A stretch of DNA of 64,000 nt, from the NCBI GenBank assembly GCA_963741955.1, contig CAVUKB010000007.1, positions 64,001 to 128,000 of the forward strand, in the 5' to 3' direction. Below, in pieces: positions 57,554 through 64,000 of the stretch. The DNA comes from an uncultured Acidobacteriota bacterium (GTDB lineage Bacteria > Acidobacteriota > Thermoanaerobaculia > Gp7-AA8). Within the stretch, counting starts at the first letter, position 1. Each line of letters opens with the position of its first letter. The notes below the pieces were generated by a model. It did no database searches. It was not told the DNA's origin and was given only the letters and a program-made list of their open reading frames with translations. The position numbers and the translations under genes were made by a program.

Positions 57554-58495
57554 GTGACGGTTCAGCGCATCCGCGTGATCGATTCCCACACTGCCGGCGA
57601 GCCGACCCGCACGGTCATCGACGGGTTTCCCGATCTCGGAACGGGATCGGTTTCGGATCGGCGCGAGCGCTTCCGGCGTGAGCTCGACCGCTACCGCTCG
57701 GCCGTGGTGAACGAGCCGCGAGGCTCCGACCCGGTGGTCGGCGCGCTTCTGATTCCTCCCGCCGATCCCTCGTGCGTCGTGGGCGTGATCTTCTTCAACA
57801 ACGTGGGATTCCTCGGGATGTGCGGTCACGGGACGATTGGCGTCGTCTCGACGCTCGCCTGGCTGGGGCGCATCGTTCCGGGGACGCATCGAATCGAAAC
57901 GCCGGTCGGCATCGTCTCCGCGACGCTCGATGGGTCGGGAGACGTGTCGGTCGCGAACGTCCCGAGCTACCGTTACCGCCGCGGAGTGACGGTGGAAGCG
58001 CCCCCCTTCGGCCGCTTCACCGGCGACATCGCGTGGGGTGGAAACTGGTTCTTCCTGGTGCAGGATCATGGCGAAGTTCTCGCCCTCGACCGCGTGGAAC
58101 GGCTCACCGAGCTCACCTGGACCATTCGGAAGGCGCTCGAGGAGAACGGGATCACGGGGAGCGAGGGGGCGGTGATCGACCACGTCGAGCTGTTCGGACC
58201 ACCGGCCCGGCCGGACGCCGACAGCAGGAATTTCGTACTCTGTCCCGGGAAACAGTACGACCGCTCCCCCTGCGGAACCGGAACGAGTGCGAAGATTGCA
58301 TCTCTCCACGAAGACGGCAGGCTGAAAGAGGGTCAGGTCTGGAGACAGGAGGGCATCGTGGGGACTCTTTTCGAAGGATGGGTGGAACGGGAAGGCGATG
58401 CGATCCGGCCGACCATCCGCGGAAGGGCGTTCGTCAACTCCGAAGCGACGCTGGTACTCGATTCCGAAGATCCCTTCTGCTGGGGAATCCGGTGA
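57554..58495 (+). CDS. 4-hydroxyproline 2-epimerase (proline racemase family)
   Basis: DSHTAGEPTR, EPRG, GMCGHG and DRSPCGTG (Cys/Cys pair); operon context. Confidence 0.9.
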   Translation: MTVQRIRVIDSHTAGEPTRTVIDGFPDLGTGSVSDRRERFRRELDRYRSAVVNEPRGSDPVVGALLIPPADPSCVVGVIFFNNVGFLGMCGHGTIGVVSTLAWLGRIVPGTHRIETPVGIVSATLDGSGDVSVANVPSYRYRRGVTVEAPPFGRFTGDIAWGGNWFFLVQDHGEVLALDRVERLTELTWTIRKALEENGITGSEGAVIDHVELFGPPARPDADSRNFVLCPGKQYDRSPCGTGTSAKIASLHEDGRLKEGQVWRQEGIVGTLFEGWVEREGDAIRPTIRGRAFVNSEATLVLDSEDPFCWGIR

Positions 58496-58627
58496 AGAAG
58501 GTCGCGTGGATCGAATCTTGCCGGCTCCACTCGAAATTGACTCCCTGAAACAGATCGCAGAATCGATTCATCAGCCAGCAGACGACAGACACTCGATATC
58601 CAATCGCAGATCGCGGATACCACACCC

Positions 58628-59881
58628 ATGTCGAAACTCGTGATTGTCGGAGCCGGGATCGCCGGCCTCTCGAGCGCCCTCTATGCCGCGGAGAAGGGCC
58701 ATGAAGTCACCGTGCTCGAGCGCGCCTCCGCGGAGAGTGAGAACTGCTCGTATGGCAACGCAGGGATGATCGTGCCGAGCCATTTCATCCCTCTCGCCGC
58801 GCCGGGCGTGATGCGCCTCGCCCTCAGGTGGATGTGGAACCGGGAGAGTCCGTTCTGGCTGCGGCCACGCCTGGACCGTGAACTGATCCGTTGGGGACGG
58901 CACTTCCGCCACGCCGCGACTCCGTTACACGTTGCGCAATCGGCGCCGCTCCTGCGCGACCTCCACTTCGCGAGCCGCGCCGCCTACGTCGAGCTGGCGC
59001 GCGAAGCGGACGACTTCGGGCTCACCGAACGGGGCATCCTGATGCTCTGCCGCACCCGGGAAGGGATCGATGAGGAGATTCTGGTCGCCGAGCACGCCAC
59101 CAAGCTCGACATTCCGTGTGAAGTCCTCTCGGCGTCCGACGTCGCGAAGCTCGAGCCGAAGCTGCGGATGAAAATACGAGGCGGCGTGCTGTACGAGAAG
59201 GACGCGACTCTCGATCCGGCGCGGCTGATGACGTCGTTGAAGCGGCGGGCTGCGGACCGGGGAGTGGTCGTCAGCTACGACTCGGAGGTCCGAGGCTGGC
59301 GCGTTTCCGGAGACGCGATCGAAGCGGTGAAGACGGCGCGCGGTGACGTCACCGCGGATGAGTTCGTGATCGCCGGCGGCTCCTGGTCGTCGCATCTCGT
59401 CCGAGACCTCGGCGTGCATCTCCCGATGCAGGCGGGGAAAGGCTACAGCCTCACCATTCCGGCTCCTCCGCAGCGTCCCGCGAGAGGTTTGATCCTCAGC
59501 GAAGGCCGCGTCGCGATCACCCCGATGGGAGAAAAGGTGCGTTTCGGTGGAACCATGGAGATCGCCGGACTCGACGAGACGATCCATCCGGCGCGCCTGC
59601 GCGGCATCGTCAAGTCGGTGATCCGTTACTTTCCCGATTACAGCCGTCGGGACTTCGACGGAGTGACGCCGTGGTCGGGTCTCCGCCCCTGCTCGCCCGA
59701 CGGGCTGCCGTACATCGGCCGATTCCGCCGCTTCGCGAATCTGACCGCCGCGACCGGGCATGCGATGATGGGGATCAGCCTCGGGCCCATCACCGGAAAA
59801 CTGGTGGCGGAGATCGTCTCCGGCGAACCGCCGTCGATCGACATCGACCGACTCTCCCCGGAGCGATTTGAAGGCATCTGA
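58628..59881 (+). CDS. D-amino-acid dehydrogenase (probable D-hydroxyproline dehydrogenase)
   Basis: VGAGIAG, SYGNAG, GKGYS, GLRPCSPDGLP and GHAMMG motifs. Confidence 0.88.
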   Translation: MSKLVIVGAGIAGLSSALYAAEKGHEVTVLERASAESENCSYGNAGMIVPSHFIPLAAPGVMRLALRWMWNRESPFWLRPRLDRELIRWGRHFRHAATPLHVAQSAPLLRDLHFASRAAYVELAREADDFGLTERGILMLCRTREGIDEEILVAEHATKLDIPCEVLSASDVAKLEPKLRMKIRGGVLYEKDATLDPARLMTSLKRRAADRGVVVSYDSEVRGWRVSGDAIEAVKTARGDVTADEFVIAGGSWSSHLVRDLGVHLPMQAGKGYSLTIPAPPQRPARGLILSEGRVAITPMGEKVRFGGTMEIAGLDETIHPARLRGIVKSVIRYFPDYSRRDFDGVTPWSGLRPCSPDGLPYIGRFRRFANLTAATGHAMMGISLGPITGKLVAEIVSGEPPSIDIDRLSPERFEGI

Positions 59882-60064
59882 TATCTATTATCTATTATCT
59901 ATTATCTATTATCTGGTATCTGCTATTTATAACTTTTTATGTCGATAGAATTAAGATGGCATAATCAGGTAGATAATAGGTTGCGCGATCAGGTAGATGA
60001 TAGAAGTCAGATATCACGAAACGATAACAGATAACAGATAACAGATAACAGATAACAGATAATG
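59882..60064. repeat. AT-rich island bounded by near-inverted heptamer arrays
   Basis: (TATCTAT)x4 plus 2 variants at 59882-59923; (GATAACA)x5 plus a variant at 60023-60064. Confidence 0.92.
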
Positions 60065-60082
60065 GATAGGAGATGCCTCCCG

Positions 60083-60976
60083 ATGTTTTCAGGCGTCATT
60101 CCAGCGATCACCACTCCGTTTCGAGACGATCTCACTGTCGATCACGACGCCCTTGCCGCTCACGTCGAGTGGATGCTCGTCAGCGGCTGCAGCGGCATCG
60201 TCACGCCGGGCTCGCTCGGCGAGGGAGCGACGCTCGCGTTCGACGAGAAGCTCGAGATTCTGAATACGTGCGTCGCATCTGCCGGAGAGAAGCCGGTCCT
60301 CGCTGCGGTCTCCGCACTCTCCACCGCCGAGGCGGTCCGCCTCGCACGGGAGGCGGAGCGGGTTGGCTGCCGGGGATTGATGATTCTCCCGCCGTACGTC
60401 TATTCGAGCGACTGGCGCGAGATGAAGGCTCACCTCGATGCGGTGCTGCACGCGACGGCGCTACCCGCGATGCTCTACAACAATCCGGTGGCGTACCGGA
60501 CGGATTTCCTTCCGGAGCAGGTCGCGGAGCTGTCGGGCGAGCACCGGAATCTCGAGTCGATCAAGGAATCGAGTACCGACGTGCGGCGGATCACCGCGAT
60601 CCGGAGCCTCATCGGCGATCGGCTGGCGATCTTCGTCGGGGTCGACGACCTGATCGTGGAAGGGATGGACGCGGGTGCGACGGGATGGATCGCAGGGCTG
60701 GTCAACGCGTTCCCGCGGGAATCGGTCGAACTGTTCAATCTCGCACGCAGAGGGGAGCGTGAAAAGGCCCTCGCACTCTACCGATGGTTCCTGCCGCTGC
60801 TCCGGCTCGACACGGTGCCGAAATTCGTCCAGCTGATCAAACTGGTGCAGCAGGAAGTGGGACGGGGGAGTGAGCGCGTCCGTCCGCCACGCCTCGAGCT
60901 GTCGGGTGCGGAGCGTGAGGCCGCTCTCGGACTGATTCGAGACGCGATTGCATCGCGCCCGGAGGTGGCGGCATGA
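60083..60976 (+). CDS. DapA-family protein (probable 1-pyrroline-4-hydroxy-2-carboxylate deaminase)
   Basis: PAITTPF, GSLGE, LYNNP, IKES and GVDD motifs; operon context. Confidence 0.88.
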   Translation: MFSGVIPAITTPFRDDLTVDHDALAAHVEWMLVSGCSGIVTPGSLGEGATLAFDEKLEILNTCVASAGEKPVLAAVSALSTAEAVRLAREAERVGCRGLMILPPYVYSSDWREMKAHLDAVLHATALPAMLYNNPVAYRTDFLPEQVAELSGEHRNLESIKESSTDVRRITAIRSLIGDRLAIFVGVDDLIVEGMDAGATGWIAGLVNAFPRESVELFNLARRGEREKALALYRWFLPLLRLDTVPKFVQLIKLVQQEVGRGSERVRPPRLELSGAEREAALGLIRDAIASRPEVAA

Positions 60977-62544
60977 CCCTGACCGGGCGCTCGTTGGTCG
61001 GCTCCTCGCCTGGAACGGCTGAGGGGTCCCTCTTTCACGCCGTGAACCCCGCGACGGGAGAGGAGATCGATCCGCCGTTCACCACTGCGACCATGGAAGA
61101 CGTCGAGCGGGCCGCGCAGCTCGCGGATGATGCATTCGGCGTCTACGCTTTCGTGGGCGGACGGGAGAAGGGAGAATTCCTCCGCCGGATCGCGGAGAAG
61201 CTCGAAGCGTCGGGAGAGGCGCTGGTCCAGCGTGCGCATCTCGAGACCGCACTTCCGGGGCCACGTCTCCAGTCGGAGCTCGGAAGGACGACCGGGCAGC
61301 TGCGTCTGTTCGCGGCGCTGGTGGAGGAGGGATCGTGGCCGCGCCCCCGCATCGACCGCGGTGACGCTGCGCGAAAGCCCGTCCCGAAGCCGGACGTCCG
61401 CTCCATGCGGCGGCCGCTCGGACCGGTGGCCGTCTTCGGCGCGAGCAACTTCCCGCTCGCTTTCTCCGTACCCGGCGGGGATACCGTCTCGGCGCTCGCC
61501 TCCGGCTGTCCGGTGATCGTCAAGGCGCATCCGTCGCATCCGGGCACTGCGGAGCTCGCCGCCGCCGCGATCGCGGAAGCAGTACGGGAGTCGTCGCTCC
61601 CTGAAGGCGTCTTTTCGCTCCTCTTCGATTCAGGGCACGAGATCGGTGCGGCGCTGGTGCAGCATCCTCTCGTGCGCGCGGTCGCCTTCACCGGATCCCG
61701 GCGCGGCGGTCTGGCCCTGATGGAGCTCGCCGGCCGGCGGCGAGAACCGATCCCGCTGTTCGCGGAGATGGGGAGCATCAATCCGGTGTTCATCCTTCCG
61801 GGCGCGCTCCGCTCGCGCGGCGCCGAGATCGCAGCCGGACTCGATGCGTCGGTGACTATGGGGGTGGGACAGTTCTGCACGAATCCGGGACTCCTGCTGG
61901 TCCAGCGCGGAGATCCCGCGTCCGGGATGCTGGAACGGCTCACGACTCTCCTGGAGGCGAGAGCGCCGGAAACGATGCTGAATGCGACGATCTGCGAGGC
62001 CTATCACAGCGGAGTGGCCCGCTTTTCAAAGACCGAAGGCGTGAAGACGGACGTCTCCGTCGCCGGTGCGAGGGAGACCAGCGCCGGCGCGGCGCTCTTC
62101 ACCACGGATGCACGGACCTTTCTGTCGAACGAGCACCTGATGGACGAGGTCTTCGGACCGGCGTCCCTGGTGGTCGAGTGGAGCTCGCGCGACGATCTGT
62201 TCGAGCTCGTGCGATCGCTCGAAGGACAGCTGACCGTCACGCTGCATGCGACGGAGGACGACCTCGAAGAGTATGCGGATCTGGTGAGACTCCTCGAGAC
62301 GAAGGGAGGGCGGATACTCTTCAACGGTTATCCGACCGGAGTCGAGGTCTGCCACGCCATGGTGCACGGCGGCCCGTTCCCCGCCACATCGGACGGGCGC
62401 TCGACATCGGTGGGAACGCTCGCCATCGAGCGCTTCACACGTCTGGTGGCGTATCAGAACGCACCCGACAGCGTTCTTCCGCTCGAGCTGAAAGACGCGA
62501 ACCCTCTCGGAATCCGTCGCATGATCGACGGAAAGGTCGTCTGA
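60973..62544 (+). CDS. NADP-dependent aldehyde dehydrogenase (alpha-ketoglutaric semialdehyde dehydrogenase type)
   Basis: FGASNFPLAFS, FTGS, EMGSINP, GQFCTNPG, EVFGP and HGGPFPAT motifs. Confidence 0.92.
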   Translation: MTLTGRSLVGSSPGTAEGSLFHAVNPATGEEIDPPFTTATMEDVERAAQLADDAFGVYAFVGGREKGEFLRRIAEKLEASGEALVQRAHLETALPGPRLQSELGRTTGQLRLFAALVEEGSWPRPRIDRGDAARKPVPKPDVRSMRRPLGPVAVFGASNFPLAFSVPGGDTVSALASGCPVIVKAHPSHPGTAELAAAAIAEAVRESSLPEGVFSLLFDSGHEIGAALVQHPLVRAVAFTGSRRGGLALMELAGRRREPIPLFAEMGSINPVFILPGALRSRGAEIAAGLDASVTMGVGQFCTNPGLLLVQRGDPASGMLERLTTLLEARAPETMLNATICEAYHSGVARFSKTEGVKTDVSVAGARETSAGAALFTTDARTFLSNEHLMDEVFGPASLVVEWSSRDDLFELVRSLEGQLTVTLHATEDDLEEYADLVRLLETKGGRILFNGYPTGVEVCHAMVHGGPFPATSDGRSTSVGTLAIERFTRLVAYQNAPDSVLPLELKDANPLGIRRMIDGKVV

Positions 62545-62605
62545 GGCGCGAAGCAGGTCGTTCGTCGTCGGTCGTCGCCGGGACAGGCTCGCCTCGCGGG
62601 ACGAT

Positions 62606-62643
62606 GAGCCTGCGGGGGATCGGATCTCCTGCCGCGCAGACTC
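62606..62643. repeat. Degenerate minimal family A element at the GNAT stop codon
   Basis: GAGCCTGCGGGGG...CTCCTGCCGCGCAGACTC followed by CTA (62644-62646). Confidence 0.55.
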
Positions 62644-63180
62644 CTACAGCGCCTTGATCATGTAGGTCATGTCGTGGGCCTGCCCATCGGAGTCGGTGCC
62701 GTAACCCGGGATGACCCGTCCTTCGAACCCCAACGTGGTCAGAGTTTCCACGGCGTCCTTCTCCAGATCCGAGATCAGCATGCAGACCAGGTGTCGCAGC
62801 CCGTTCTCCCGCCCGATGCCGATGAACTGATTGACCAGCAGCGTTCCGAGTCCCAGGCCGCGGTATGCAGGGTCGATCAGCCACTTCACCCGTCCGGCGC
62901 GGCGCAAAGGTCCTCCCTGCCGCCGGTGGAGCGTCGCGTCGGCGACGATCCTCTTCCCGTCGAGCGCGAGCAGGGGAAAGACTTTGGAGTACTCGACGTT
63001 TCTTCCCCACTCCTCCACCAGGCCGCGGTCCTCGATCGGATCCCAGGCGAATCCCTGAGTGCGAGGAGGAAGGGACTGGAAGAACTCGTAGAGCGCGTCG
63101 GTATCGTGCTCGTCGAACGGACGGATCAGAAGACGGCGGCCATCGCGAAGTGCGGCCTCCATCGGATATCGATGCGGCAT
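62644..63180 (-). CDS. GNAT-family N-acetyltransferase
   Basis: LRDGRRLLIRP, DPAYRGLGLGT, LGFEG. Confidence 0.88.
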   Translation of the reverse strand: MPHRYPMEAALRDGRRLLIRPFDEHDTDALYEFFQSLPPRTQGFAWDPIEDRGLVEEWGRNVEYSKVFPLLALDGKRIVADATLHRRQGGPLRRAGRVKWLIDPAYRGLGLGTLLVNQFIGIGRENGLRHLVCMLISDLEKDAVETLTTLGFEGRVIPGYGTDSDGQAHDMTYMIKAL

Positions 63181-63288
63181 GAAGTCCTCCTGACGATCTT
63201 GGACGAGCAGGCTCGTCGCGCCGAGGATATCATCGGGGGCCCGGCGGATGAACAGCTCCGGAGGACTCCACCGGGCATCTCGGGAGAC

Positions 63289-63317
63289 AAAAAAACGGCG
63301 CCGTTCGCACGGCGCCG
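63289..63317 (-). terminator. Intrinsic terminator
   Basis: On the minus strand CGGCGCCGT-GCGA-ACGGCGCCG followed by T7. Confidence 0.8.
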
Positions 63318-63347
63318 GTCGTTGAGATGTTTCGGTCGTGAACGGGG

Positions 63348-63572
63348 TCAGCCGAGGAAGCGTGGGGCTGAGAGCTCGTCCGAGTACGAGACCCAGTCGC
63401 GTACTTTTCCGTGCTCGTCGTAGAACGTCAGCTCACCCCTGTGGCGTCGTGCCATCGCCGTGGCCGCGGCATTCGCCTCGGCCTGGGTTCGGTACAACGA
63501 AAGCGGCCGCTCGTCGTTGCCCCGGAGGATGACCCACTTACCCCGATCCATCAACACGTGGAACTTTTCCAT
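63348..63572 (-). CDS. DUF2188-family small protein
   Basis: AGGAGG SD; FHV...W...G..R....Y.TQAEA...A...GEL...GKVRD..SY pattern. Confidence 0.8.
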   Translation of the reverse strand: MEKFHVLMDRGKWVILRGNDERPLSLYRTQAEANAAATAMARRHRGELTFYDEHGKVRDWVSYSDELSAPRFLG

Positions 63573-64000
63573 GGTGCGTCCTCCTTTCGCGGTGACACAC
63601 CGGCCGGAACTGACCGGCGTGACGTCGATTGTCGAGAGAGTCAGATGCTACCGTCGCTCGGGGCTCATGGCAACCGTTTCATGTAACAAAACTGTACCGG
63701 AGCCTCTTCCGTTCAGAAGATGGGACGTTTCATCGAGTGCAAACGTTCTGCCCATCGGATTACAAGTGAAGGTCCGGACAATTGCGGTTTCGTAAGGGAT
63801 CCGCCCGGCTGCAATCGCGTCCCGATCGCGGCTGAGCTTCCCGTTCTCGGGAGCGCCAAAGACGGCATTTCCAGGGTGGCCGAGTGAGGGAGACGTCGTG
63901 TTTGGGCGCCGGCTGAAGGCGCCGTCGGAGTGAAACCGGACGGAACGGCCACTTCTGCCTCGCGGGGCCGGTAGAAGAACCCGCTTACCGGAACTAAATT

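Noticed and set aside
882-62657. Many long overlapping ORFs (e.g. 1028-2929, 7484-9178, 17413-18891, 38595-40496, 52274-54103)
   Set aside because: Shadow frames of recognisable genes in high-GC DNA; Arg/Pro/Gly-rich with no motifs.
63573-64000. Terminal non-coding stretch, possible structured RNA or leader
   Set aside because: No tRNA, rRNA or riboswitch signature recognised, and the context is cut off by the window edge.

Overview
GC-rich bacterial chromosomal window. The gene content suggests Acidobacteriota, possibly Thermoanaerobaculia, but this is inference only. It holds about 60 mostly housekeeping or accessory genes: secreted peptidases (two M1, one M19) plus pip, transporters (SSS, DAACS, MATE, MFS, a MacAB-like ABC system, orphan modA), c-di-GMP enzymes, a zf-TFIIB/lemA/htpX cluster, msrA, arsM, terC, HU and a four-gene hydroxyproline catabolic operon. 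The 5' part of an IS1182-family transposase lies at the left edge. I recognised no rRNA, tRNA or CRISPR array. The most unusual signal is intergenic. Many gaps hold miniature inverted-repeat elements (MITEs) from at least five terminal inverted repeat (TIR) families: one IS1182-type, two probable IS1380-type, one IS630-type and one IS4-type. They are nested, fused and chimeric, and they often abut stop codons or -10 boxes. There are also strand-skewed 6/7/18-mer tracts, notably upstream of and between the hydroxyproline genes, and many genes show a leaderless-transcript signature. All product calls come from motif recognition by eye, not from database searches.
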